Source: Alphaproteobacteria bacterium (GTDB lineage Bacteria; Pseudomonadota; Alphaproteobacteria; Geminicoccales; Geminicoccaceae). Taken from it: a stretch of 64,000 nt of DNA. Every line of letters starts with the position of its first letter. Within the stretch, counting starts at the first letter, position 1. The stretch is taken from assembly GCA_046541805.1 (NCBI GenBank), contig JBKHCM010000001.1, positions 20,612-84,611 on the forward strand, in the 5' to 3' direction. The notes under the pieces were generated by a model that was not told the origin of the DNA, did no database searches, and saw only the letters and a list, made by a program, of their open reading frames with translations. Positions 1 through 7,754 of the stretch are shown piece by piece. A program made the translations under genes and the position numbers.

Positions 1-531
1 GGCGATCGAGCTCACGCCGTCGACGAACAAGAGCGCCGAGTGGTCGAGCGCGTCGAGGACGTCGCGCACCGCCGCCACCGGCGAGGTCACGCCCGTCGCG
101 GTCTCGTTGTGGGTGACGAAGACCGCCTTGATCCGCCCGCTCCGGTCGGCCTCGAGCCGGCGCGCCATCTCCTGGACGGGCAGGGCCTCGCCCCAGGGGG
201 CGTCGACCACCTCGACGTCGAGGCCGAGCTTGGTCGCCATCTCGACCCAGAGCATCGAGAACTGCCCGTGGCGGCCCATCAGCACCTTGTCGCCCGGGTT
301 GAGCGTGTTGGTGATGGCGGCCTCCCAGGCGCCGGTCGCCGAGCCCGGAAAGAAGAACATCCGGCCGCGCTCCTGTTGGAAGACGCGCTTGACCCCCGCG
401 AACAGCGGCTTGGTCGATTCGCCGTAGTCGTGGGCGCGCATGTCCTGCATCGGCACGTTCATGGCTTGGCGGACCCTTTCCGGCACGTTGGTCGGCCCCG
501 GGATGTAGAGGTGGGTGATCCCTGTGCGCAT
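1..531 (-). CDS. class V (AGXT/SgaA-like) aminotransferase, serine-glyoxylate/alanine-glyoxylate type; 5' part only, gene runs off the left edge
   Basis: Not in the ORF track because it has no stop inside the window. My translation of the minus strand from ATG (529-531) reads MRTGITHLYIPGPTNVPERVRQAMNVPMQDMRAHDYGESTKPLFAGVKRVFQQERGRMFFFPGSATGAWEAAITNTLNPGDKVLMGRHGQFS..., a typical N-terminus of this PLP family. Third codon positions are almost all G/C. Confidence 0.8.
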   Translation of the reverse strand, partial: MRTGITHLYIPGPTNVPERVRQAMNVPMQDMRAHDYGESTKPLFAGVKRVFQQERGRMFFFPGSATGAWEAAITNTLNPGDKVLMGRHGQFSMLWVEMATKLGLDVEVVDAPWGEALPVQEMARRLEADRSGRIKAVFVTHNETATGVTSPVAAVRDVLDALDHSALLFVDGVSSIA

Positions 532-652
532 GATGCCTTGCCCCGCTCGTCCGCTGTTGGGTTTGGAGGACCGTTGCGGCGGTCCACGCCCGAGGGGTAA
601 CCGCGCGCGCCGCGCGCACGAAGAAAAACCGGGTTGGCGTGTCAGGCTTGTG

Positions 653-686
653 GTTTACCCCGCCACATGATGTAAACTTGTCAAAA
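653..686. promoter_or_regulatory. candidate operator in the divergent aminotransferase/regulator intergenic region
   Basis: Locally AT-rich. Inverted repeat GTTTAC (653-658)-N13-GTAAAC (672-677) overlaps AAACTTGTCAAAA (674-686). That sequence resembles the AACTTTGCAAA-type boxes I recall for RamB/PrpR-class regulators (recalled consensus, not scored). Confidence 0.3.
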
Positions 687-692
687 GCCGTG

Positions 693-2114
693 ATGACAGG
701 GGGTAGCTTGCGCGTCCGCAAAACCTTCGTGGGCCCGAGGCTGCGCCAGCTCCGCAAGGAGCGCGGCCAGAGCCAGGTGGACATGGCCCGCGCCCTCGGG
801 GTCAGCGCCTCCTACGTCAATCTGCTGGAGAACAATCAGCGCTCGCTGTCGCTGCCGGTGCTCCTGCGCGTCGCCGAGGTCTACGGCGTCGACTGGCGCG
901 ATCTGTTGCAGGACGACGCGCCGACGACCCTCGCCGACCTCAAGAACGCGCTCGAGGACCCCGTCTTCGGCGACGACAAGCCCGACCTGCAGGAGCTCCG
1001 TGCCGCCCTCGACCACAGCCCGCGGCTGGCGCGCACGCTGTTGAACCTGCACCGGGCCTACCGCGCCTTGAGCGAGGAGCTGCTGTTGGCCACCGAGGGC
1101 GGCGAGGCGCCCTCCTATCAGAGCGTCGAGACGGTCGTGCACGACCTCTTCCGGCGCCACCGCAACCACTTCGACGCGCTCGAGCGCGCCGCCGAGCGCT
1201 TTCGCGCCGGCGAGGACATCGCCCCCGACGAGGTCTACGCCCATCTCAAGCGCCGCCTCGCCGAGCGCTTCGGCATCGAGGTCATCCCGACGCCGACCCG
1301 CGAGCTCCCCCATACGCTTCGCGCCTACGACGAGACGACGGGGCGCATCCGGCTCTCGGACGCGATGGATTACCCCAACAAGGTCTTCCAGCTCACCCAC
1401 GTCGCCGGACTCCTGGAGTACCGCGAGGTCATCGACCGCATCATCACCGGCGGCGGGCTCGCGGGCCCGCGCGAGCAGGCGCGCTGCCGGGTCGAGCTCG
1501 CCAACTACCTCGCCGCCGCGGTGCTGATGCCCTACGAGCTCTTCCTCGCGGAGGCCGAGGCCAGCGCCTACGACATCGACCACCTGGCCGCCCGCTTCGG
1601 CGTCTCCTTCGAGCAGGCCTGCCACCGGCTGACCACGCTGCAGCGCGACGGGGCGCAGGGCGTGCCGCTCTTCTTCGTGCGCATCGACCGCGCCGGCAAC
1701 GTCACCAAGCGCTTCAACGCCACCAGCTTCAACCTCGCCCAGTACGGCGGGGCGTGCCCGCGCTGGGACATCCACCAGAGCTTCGCGATGCCGGGCCGCA
1801 TCCTGCCGCAGTTCGTCGAGCTCCCCGACGGCTCGCAGTACTTCACGATCAGCCGCACCGTCGACCGCCCGGCGCTGGACCGCCACAGCCACGACCATCG
1901 CCTCGCCGTCACCCTCGGCTGCGCCATCGAGCACGCGCCCAAGCTGATCTACGCCCAGGGCTACCAGCTGGGCGATCCGGGCCTCGCCACACCGATCGGC
2001 ATCAACTGTCGGCTGTGCCCGCGCCAGCACTGCCCCCAGCGCGCCCAACAGCCGCTGCATCTGGACCTGCCGATCGACGAGCGGCGGCGAGGGCATACCC
2101 GGTTCGAGAGTTGA
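693..2114 (+). CDS. XRE-family HTH regulator fused to an ImmA/IrrE-type peptidase-like domain and a Cys-rich C-terminal (DUF2083-like) domain; ScfR/RamB/PrpR class
   Basis: ORF 639..2114. N-terminal FVGPRLRQLRKERGQSQVDMARALGVSASYVNLLENNQRSLS is a Cro/C1-type HTH. C-terminal GACPRWDIHQ...CRLCPRQHCPQRA is a cysteine cluster. ATG 693 is preferred over GTG 639 because 639-692 is AT-rich, promoter-like DNA. Confidence 0.8.
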   Translation: MTGGSLRVRKTFVGPRLRQLRKERGQSQVDMARALGVSASYVNLLENNQRSLSLPVLLRVAEVYGVDWRDLLQDDAPTTLADLKNALEDPVFGDDKPDLQELRAALDHSPRLARTLLNLHRAYRALSEELLLATEGGEAPSYQSVETVVHDLFRRHRNHFDALERAAERFRAGEDIAPDEVYAHLKRRLAERFGIEVIPTPTRELPHTLRAYDETTGRIRLSDAMDYPNKVFQLTHVAGLLEYREVIDRIITGGGLAGPREQARCRVELANYLAAAVLMPYELFLAEAEASAYDIDHLAARFGVSFEQACHRLTTLQRDGAQGVPLFFVRIDRAGNVTKRFNATSFNLAQYGGACPRWDIHQSFAMPGRILPQFVELPDGSQYFTISRTVDRPALDRHSHDHRLAVTLGCAIEHAPKLIYAQGYQLGDPGLATPIGINCRLCPRQHCPQRAQQPLHLDLPIDERRRGHTRFES

Positions 2115-2356
2115 GCCGAGGCGCTGGGGCGGTGCGGCCCGCGCTACACCGCGCCCCACCGCTGATCCCCGAGGCATCGGCGCAACCCGCTACGGTCCAC
2201 GCGGGGTTTCTCACGCCCGGCCAGTGGCTCGCCGGGCCCGCCGCCCGGGCACCGACGCCGCGATGAACGCTCGCGAACCGCGTCGTTCATTCCATGGTAA
2301 TTTTTTCGGTGGGGCCGCGACAAATAGACCTCACCGACATATCGACTATTTCCGAG

Positions 2357-2371
2357 CGAATACTGTATTCG
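2357..2371. promoter_or_regulatory. perfect 15-bp palindrome CGAATAC-T-GTATTCG, candidate operator upstream of the 2527 gene
   Basis: Read directly. It lies in the only AT-richer patch (about 2290-2380) of the 412-bp gap between the regulator and the next gene, about 155 nt upstream of ATG 2527. It is followed by a direct repeat GTACGCG...GTACGCG (2371-2390). Confidence 0.4.
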
Positions 2372-2526
2372 TACGCGACGGGTACGCGTGGGTCGACGGC
2401 CGCCACGGTGGGGTCGGCGCCAGCGGGCGTGCCCGCGGCGGCCACGCTGGAGCCAACGGTCGAACCGCGGCCGATCGGCGGGTCTCGCATCGCCGCGCCC
2501 CGGCCGCCCCTGGGGAAGCTGACGCC

Positions 2527-4428
2527 ATGGTCATGGTGAAGAATCGCTACGCGTCCTTCGCGCTGCCGGCGGAGGTCGAGGAGATTTTCGCTGCCGCCCC
2601 CAAAGTGACGATGGCCGGCACCCTTGCCGAGCTCGTCGCGCTCTCGACCCGCGACGCCGAGGGCGGCTGGCACGACGTGGCCTACGACGTGCCCGGCCAC
2701 GGCCGCGTCGTCGAGGCCGTCGTCTGCCGTGCGAAGAACGGCGTCGTCGCCAACTACACCGAGGCCTACATGCGCCGGCGCGATCCGGACTGCATGGTCA
2801 TCGGCGACGAGCGCCCGACCGACAAGCCCACCTTCGAGCAGCGCTTCGAGCAGCCCTTCGCGCCGGTCCGCCGCCGCGCCTTCGAGTGGCTGAAGACCCA
2901 GCCGCTCGCGGCGTACCCGTTCTACGCCGGCCTGCCCGGCAAGGGCACGCCCGCGATGGTGGTGGCCCCCGACAACGCCGGCTTCTTCGCCCTCGGCCTC
3001 GCGCTGTTGCAGGGCATCATCCCGCCGGAGAAGGTCCCCGAGGACTTCGAGCCGCAGGCCGTCATCTACGTCGTCCCGCCCTTTCGCCACACCGACTTCG
3101 ACGGCAAGCAGGTCGTCGTGCACAACCGGACCGAGGCCGGCCACGAGCTCTTCAGCTTCAACCTCTACCCCGGGCCCAGCGCGAAGAAGGGCGTCTACGG
3201 GGTGCTGTTGAACCTGGGCGAGCACGAGCATTGGCTGACGATGCACTGCTCGACCGTCCGGCTCGTCACCCCTTACGGCAACAAGCTCGTGATCTCCCAC
3301 GAGGGTGCGAGCGGCGGCGGCAAGAGCGAGATGCTGGAGCACGTCCACCGCCGGCCCGACGGTGCGCTCCTGATCGGCCGGAACCTGGAGACCGAGGACG
3401 AGCAGACGCTCGCGCTGCCGCAGGCCTGCGAGTTGCAGCCCGTCACCGACGACATGGCGCTCTGCCACCCGTCGCTCGATAAGGGCAACGGCCGGCTGAC
3501 GCTGATGGACGCGGAGGACGCCTGGTTCGTGCGCTGCAACCACCTCGACCACTACGGCACGGACCCGCATCTCGAGGAGCTCTGCATCAACCCGCCCGAG
3601 CCGCTCTTGTTCTTGAACGTCGAGGGTCATCCCGGGGCGACCTGCCTCATCTGGGAGCACACCGAGGATGAGCCCGGCGTGCCGTGCCCCAACCCGCGCG
3701 TCATCATCCCCCGGCGGATCATCCCGCGCGTGGTCGAAGGTGCCGTCGACGTCGACGTCCGCAGCATGGGCGTGCGCACCCCGCCCTGCTCGCGCGACCT
3801 GCCCACCTTCGGCATCATCGGGCTGTTCCACGTCCTGCCGGCGGCGCTCGCCTGGCTCTGGCGGCTGGTGGCGCCGCGCGGCCACGCCAATCCGAGCATC
3901 GTGCAGACCGAGGGCATGACGTCGGAGGGCGTGGGCTCCTATTGGCCCTTCGCCACCGGCCGGCGGGTCGACCAAGCCAACCTGCTGTTGAACCAGATCG
4001 TCGAGACGCCGCGGGTCCGCTACATCCTGGTCCCGAACCAGCACATCGGCAGCTGGCGCGTCGGCTTCATGCCGCAGTGGATCACGCGCGAGTATCTCGC
4101 CCGGCGCGGCGGCGCGCGCTTCGAGCCCGACCAGCTCCGCCCCGCCCGCTGCCCGCTGTTGGGCTTTACGCCCGGCAACATCGTCGTCGAGGGGCGCACC
4201 ATCGGCACCCAGTTCTTCGAGGTCGACCGCCAGCCCGAGGTCGGCCCCGAGGCCTACGACCAGGGGGCCGCGCTGCTCGCCGCGTTCTTCCAGCGCGAGC
4301 TCGCGCAGTTCCTCGTGCCGGACCTGCTGCCGCTGGGCCGGCGCATCATCGAGTGCTGCCTCGAGGGCGGGACGACCGCGGACTACATGGCGGTGCTGGA
4401 CGTCCCCGTCTTCGAGGTCGACGAGTAG
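2527..4428 (+). CDS. large uncharacterised P-loop protein with a PEP-carboxykinase/HPr-kinase-like motif set (probably DUF4914 family)
   Basis: ORF 2224..4428. Start moved to ATG 2527 (MVMVKNRYASF...), which is preceded by GGGGAAG; the upstream part of the ORF is low-complexity. Motifs in order: HEGASGGGKSEMLEH (Walker A), VTDDMALCH, FVRCNHL, LFLNVEG, CPNPRVIIPRRIIP. High GC3 throughout. Confidence 0.75.
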   Translation: MVMVKNRYASFALPAEVEEIFAAAPKVTMAGTLAELVALSTRDAEGGWHDVAYDVPGHGRVVEAVVCRAKNGVVANYTEAYMRRRDPDCMVIGDERPTDKPTFEQRFEQPFAPVRRRAFEWLKTQPLAAYPFYAGLPGKGTPAMVVAPDNAGFFALGLALLQGIIPPEKVPEDFEPQAVIYVVPPFRHTDFDGKQVVVHNRTEAGHELFSFNLYPGPSAKKGVYGVLLNLGEHEHWLTMHCSTVRLVTPYGNKLVISHEGASGGGKSEMLEHVHRRPDGALLIGRNLETEDEQTLALPQACELQPVTDDMALCHPSLDKGNGRLTLMDAEDAWFVRCNHLDHYGTDPHLEELCINPPEPLLFLNVEGHPGATCLIWEHTEDEPGVPCPNPRVIIPRRIIPRVVEGAVDVDVRSMGVRTPPCSRDLPTFGIIGLFHVLPAALAWLWRLVAPRGHANPSIVQTEGMTSEGVGSYWPFATGRRVDQANLLLNQIVETPRVRYILVPNQHIGSWRVGFMPQWITREYLARRGGARFEPDQLRPARCPLLGFTPGNIVVEGRTIGTQFFEVDRQPEVGPEAYDQGAALLAAFFQRELAQFLVPDLLPLGRRIIECCLEGGTTADYMAVLDVPVFEVDE

Positions 4429-4433
4429 CGCGG

Positions 4434-5306
4434 GTGGAGCAGTTCGACACCGCCTTCGGCAAGCTGCGCCGGCCCGCCTTCGACCAGGTGCCCGCGGCGC
4501 ACCGCCACCGGCTCATGGGCGTGGACTACGCCCGCATCGCCGGCAAGCAGGGGGGCGAGCTCTACGTCACGCGCCACGGCTGGGCCTGCCTCGATTCCGT
4601 CCTGCCCAGGGCGTGGTTCGTCGACGACCGCTTCAAGAAGGTGGGTCGAGCGCTCGCCGGCGCCACCGGCGCCGTCTACCGCGTGCCGGTCGACCACCAC
4701 GCGCGCGAGGACTTCGCACTGGTGGTGAAGTTCAGCCGCGCCGCGCAGGACATCCGGGTCACCATCCTCGACCAAAGCGCGCATCTGGACGCGCTCGAGC
4801 ACGAGCGCATCGAGGCGGCGGCATTCCTCTCGCCGTTCGAAGAGTTCGCCAACCTCGTCAAGCTGCGCATGGCGGCGGGCTCGGCCGTGCGCACCGAACT
4901 TCCGCTCGCGATCTACTCACCGCCGACGCGCTATGCCGACTGGCAGCTCGGGCGCCATTCCCACCTCTGCAGCCGCATGAACCGCGCCCTCGCCGCCGCG
5001 CAGGCGGACGTGCCCGAACAGCACCGCGTCACCTACGATTGGGAACGGCTCTACATCCTGCTCTATCGCTGGATCGACGGCGTCGACGCCGAGGTCGCGG
5101 CGCAGACCGGGCTGATCACCAAGGAGACCATGGTGGCGCTCGGCCAGGAGGCGCGGGCGCGGCTGCGCGCGCTCGGCTGGATGGTCTGCGACCACAAGCC
5201 CCGCCACGTCATCGTCCGCCCATCGCGGCGCGGGCACGGCCCCGTGCGTCGCGGCGACCGCATCCCCTGGGCGCTGATCGACTACGAGTTGCTCGTGCCG
5301 GTCTGA
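4434..5306 (+). CDS. atypical protein-kinase-like fold protein (Kdo/WaaP/RIO-like), function unknown
   Basis: Tail of ORF 3684..5306. GTG 4434 lies 5 nt after the upstream stop; alternative start ATG 4515. Kinase-like signatures: FALVVKFSR (beta3 Lys), ILLYRWIDG, MVCDHKPRHVIV (DxKPxN-type catalytic loop with His), WALIDYELL (DFG-equivalent). Confidence 0.7.
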   Translation: MEQFDTAFGKLRRPAFDQVPAAHRHRLMGVDYARIAGKQGGELYVTRHGWACLDSVLPRAWFVDDRFKKVGRALAGATGAVYRVPVDHHAREDFALVVKFSRAAQDIRVTILDQSAHLDALEHERIEAAAFLSPFEEFANLVKLRMAAGSAVRTELPLAIYSPPTRYADWQLGRHSHLCSRMNRALAAAQADVPEQHRVTYDWERLYILLYRWIDGVDAEVAAQTGLITKETMVALGQEARARLRALGWMVCDHKPRHVIVRPSRRGHGPVRRGDRIPWALIDYELLVPV

Positions 5307-5330
5307 CGACCATCCGTCGCGCCGGTCGGT

Positions 5331-5350
5331 GAGGACCGGCGGCGGTCCTC
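5331..5350 (+). terminator. GC-rich hairpin 25 nt after the kinase-like gene (possible terminator, no clean U-tract)
   Basis: GAGGACCG-GCGG-CGGTCCTC, an 8-bp perfect stem. The T-rich GGTTTCGTTTCC follows only about 15 nt later. Confidence 0.35.
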
Positions 5351-5401
5351 GTCGGTGCCGTGATCCGGTTTCGTTTCCCCCTTGAGGGCACGCTCCTCTA
5401 A

Positions 5402-6040
5402 TCTTTCGAGGTCGGCGTCGGGCTCGCCGGCGACAACCTGAAAAAGGCCACCGTCTTCACGTTGCCGGGGTGTGGCGGCAAGTCCTTCGCCATCAGCGCC
5501 GCCGTGCTCCAAGGCGTCACGCTGCCGATCACGCCCCTGCAAATCCGCCGGGACGACGTGGTGAGCTCGGTCGGCCGCACCCTCGCCTTCGCGCCGGCGG
5601 AGAAGGCCATCATCCCGCGGCGACGCCGGCGTCGTCGGCGTCTTCGCCTGGACGCGCGCACGGCGCGCCGCGCGAAGACGGGCGGCCCTAGGCGGTGGAC
5701 ACGCTGGTCATCATGGAGATCGTCTACCGATTCAGCGTCCGCGATTTGGGTGCGCTGTCGCTGGCGCTCGCCGACCTCACGGGCATCCGGCGCGCGCCGG
5801 ATGCCGTCGGCACCGTCGCGGCCGTGCCGCTCGTCTTCACCTATGCGCCGTTCATGGAGTTTCCGTTCGACATGCGCCCCGTCGATCTCGTGCACGGCCT
5901 GGAGATTGTCGCCGTGAGCGTGGCGCTCGTCGTCGTGGTGGCGGCCGTGAAGTCCCGGCGCCGCGCCTTCGAAGACGAGCGTGCCGCCAGCGTGCGGCGG
6001 GCGACGTCGGTTCGCACCCCACGACCAAGGGAGGCGGGTC
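5402..6040 (+). pseudogene. coding-like DNA with a broken reading frame (possible decayed gene or sequencing errors)
   Basis: Plus-strand codon usage is typical of coding DNA (GTC, GGC, CTC, GCC, GAC, AAG...) in frame 2 from 5402 to about 5615 (EVGVGLAGDNLKKATVFTLPGCGGKSFAISAAVLQGVTLPITPLQIRRDDVVSSVGRTLAFAPAEKAIIP). That stretch has no ATG/GTG start, only TTG 5462. The signal moves to frame 0 at about 5616-5660, then to frame 1 from GTG 5695 (VDTLVIMEIVYRFSVRDLGALSLALADL...VAVSVALVVVVAAVKSRRR). Frame 1 has no stop until 6417. Confidence 0.3.
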
Positions 6041-6878
6041 ATGAGGAGCTTGCTGGTCGCCACGGATCTGTCGGCGCGCTCCGAGTGGGCGCTGGCACCG
6101 GCGATGGCGCTGGCGCGGGAGCGGGACGCGAAGCTGGTCGTCGTCCACGTCGTCGACGACGACCTCCCACCGGCGCTCGCCGACGCCCAGGCGGACGAGG
6201 CGGGGCGCCTGTTGCGGGCCCGCTGCGACGCCCTCGCCGAGGGCGGCCGCCCGGAGGTCACCGTCGGGCCGGGCGCACGCCGATATCCAGGTGGCGGCCA
6301 CGCGGCACGGCGCCGCGTGGGTGGTCCTCGGCACCCATCGCCACGACCCCTGGCGCGACATGTTCCGCGGCACGACGGCGGAGCGCGTCGTGCGCACCTG
6401 CGCGGTGCCCGTGCTGATCGTCCGCGACCCGGTGAAGGGTCCCTACGAGCGGGTGCTCGCGGCCGTCGACTTCTCCGTCTTCGCCCGCCGCGCCGTCGAG
6501 TTCACGCTCGGCTTTTTGCCGAACGCCGAGGTCGAGCTGATCCACGCCTTCAACGTGCCCTTCGGCGGGTTCCTCAAGGGCGAGGACACGCGCGACCAGA
6601 TGGTGGCGGAGATCGACGCGCGCGTTCGCAAGCTCCTCGACGAGGAGATGGCGACCTTCCTCGCCCAACTCGACGACGCCGCCGGGCAGCTGCGCGGCGT
6701 CATGCTCGAAGGCGGCGTCCGCGAGGTCCTCATCGCCAGGGTCCAGCAGACGGCGCTCGACCTGCTCGTCATCGGCACGCACGGCAGATCGGGGCTCGCG
6801 CACGCGGTCCTGGGCAGCGTCGCCGAGGACCTCCTGCGCAGCCCGCCCTGCGACGTCCTCACCGTCGGCGCCCGATGA
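6041..6878 (+). pseudogene. tandem-domain universal stress protein (UspA family) interrupted by an apparent 1-nt frameshift near 6266-6273
   Basis: ATG 6041 is preceded by AAGGGAGG and gives MRSLLVATDLSARSEWALAPAMALARERDAKLVVVHVVDDDLPP...EVTVGPG. The USP sequence then continues in another frame (ORF 6291..6878: ADIQVAATRHGAAWVVLGTHRHDPWRDMFRGTTAERVVRTCAVPVLIV...LLVIGTHGRSGLAHAVLGSVAEDLLRSPPCDVLTV). The junction lies in the G/C run GTCGGGCCGGGCGC. Confidence 0.7.
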
Positions 6879-6881
6879 CGG

Positions 6882-7754
6882 TCAGCGGGCTTCGTCGCCA
6901 AAGGGGGCGCCGTCGATAAGGGTCGGCGGGACGATCAAGAGGTCGCGGTCGCTCTCGCGGAGCAGCCGCGAGGTGACGCTGCCGAGGACCAGACGGCCGA
7001 GGCCGCGCCGAGCGTGGGTCGCGGTCACGACGAGGTCGACGTCGAGGCGGGCCGCGGCCTCTTCCAGGGCCGCCACCGGCTCGCCGGCGACGACGATGAC
7101 GTCGGCCACGTCGGGCTGGCCAGCGGAGACGCTGGCCAGGTGACGACGCAACGCCGCCGCGGTCTCCGCCTCGTGCGCCTTGATCCCCGCCTCGGGCACA
7201 CCCGCGGAGGCCATCTTTGCCGAGGCGAACGGATCGAAGGCGTGCAAGAGGCTCACATGGGTGGGCGCGGCCGCGCCGAAGCGGTGCAGGAGCGCGAGGA
7301 TCGCCGGCCCGGGCTCGGCCTCCACCCCGACGAGCGCGTGCACGTAGGGCGTCGCGGCGGGGCCGCGGGCGATCAGCACCGGCACGCTCGCGACGCGGAC
7401 GAGGCGCTCGACGGTCGTGTCGAGGAACAGCGCGCGCAAGAGCGAGCGCCGATGGTCGCCGACGACGAGCAGGTCGGCCGCGACGTCGACGGCGGCGCGA
7501 GCGATCGCGACGAAAGGGTCGCCGGTAACCACGCGCATTTCCTGCGCGAGGTCGGCGAGACCGCCGGCCTCGCGCGATAGCTCGCGTTCCGCGATGGCGG
7601 TCCGCTCGGCGACCACGTCGGCGGGCGCGTCCTCGTCGACGACGTGCACGAGCGCGAGCCGGGCCTCGGCCAGGCGGGCGAGGCTGGCGGCGCGGGCGAG
7701 CGCCGCCTCCGAGCGCTTGGAGAAGTCGCTCGCGGCCAGGATGCAGCGGATCAT
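6882..7754 (-). CDS. tandem-domain universal stress protein (UspA family)
   Basis: ORF 6882..8060 trimmed to ATG 7754 ([28 protein letters not shown]...VVTATHARRGLGRLVLGSVTSRLLRESDRDLLIV). The start overlaps the stop of the upstream Kef-type gene in an ATGA. Confidence 0.85.
   Translation of the reverse strand: MIRCILAASDFSKRSEAALARAASLARLAEARLALVHVVDEDAPADVVAERTAIAERELSREAGGLADLAQEMRVVTGDPFVAIARAAVDVAADLLVVGDHRRSLLRALFLDTTVERLVRVASVPVLIARGPAATPYVHALVGVEAEPGPAILALLHRFGAAAPTHVSLLHAFDPFASAKMASAGVPEAGIKAHEAETAAALRRHLASVSAGQPDVADVIVVAGEPVAALEEAAARLDVDLVVTATHARRGLGRLVLGSVTSRLLRESDRDLLIVPPTLIDGAPFGDEAR

Noticed and set aside
681-2177. 498-aa minus-strand ORF, and many similar long ORFs (for example 2287..4044-, 7766..9631+, 10990..13137+, 15272..16570+ part, 30069..32072-, 34034..36478-, 41428..44274+, 51350..53470-, 55185..57935-, 62114..63814-)
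   Set aside because: All lie antisense to or out of frame with genes that have clear family signatures. Their translations are Arg/Ala/Gly/Pro/Asp-rich low complexity. Long open frames on the wrong strand are expected in high-GC DNA.
2224-2526. N-terminal extensions suggested by the ORF track (2224 for the P-loop protein; likewise 8060 for the USP, 11363 for glmM, 14143 for the SBP, 20218 for ppsR, 45600 for the P450, 57845 for phaZ)
   Set aside because: The extensions are low-complexity, lack an RBS, and overlap promoter-like or neighbouring gene sequence. Internal starts with an SD sequence reproduce the canonical family N-termini.
5398-6261. 287-aa minus ORF containing a run of 10 Arg and His/Asp-rich stretches
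   Set aside because: It shares third-codon positions with the plus frame only over 5462-5690. Its codons include rare TTT, AGG, TTG and AAA, and the translation is not protein-like. The plus strand explains the coding signal better.
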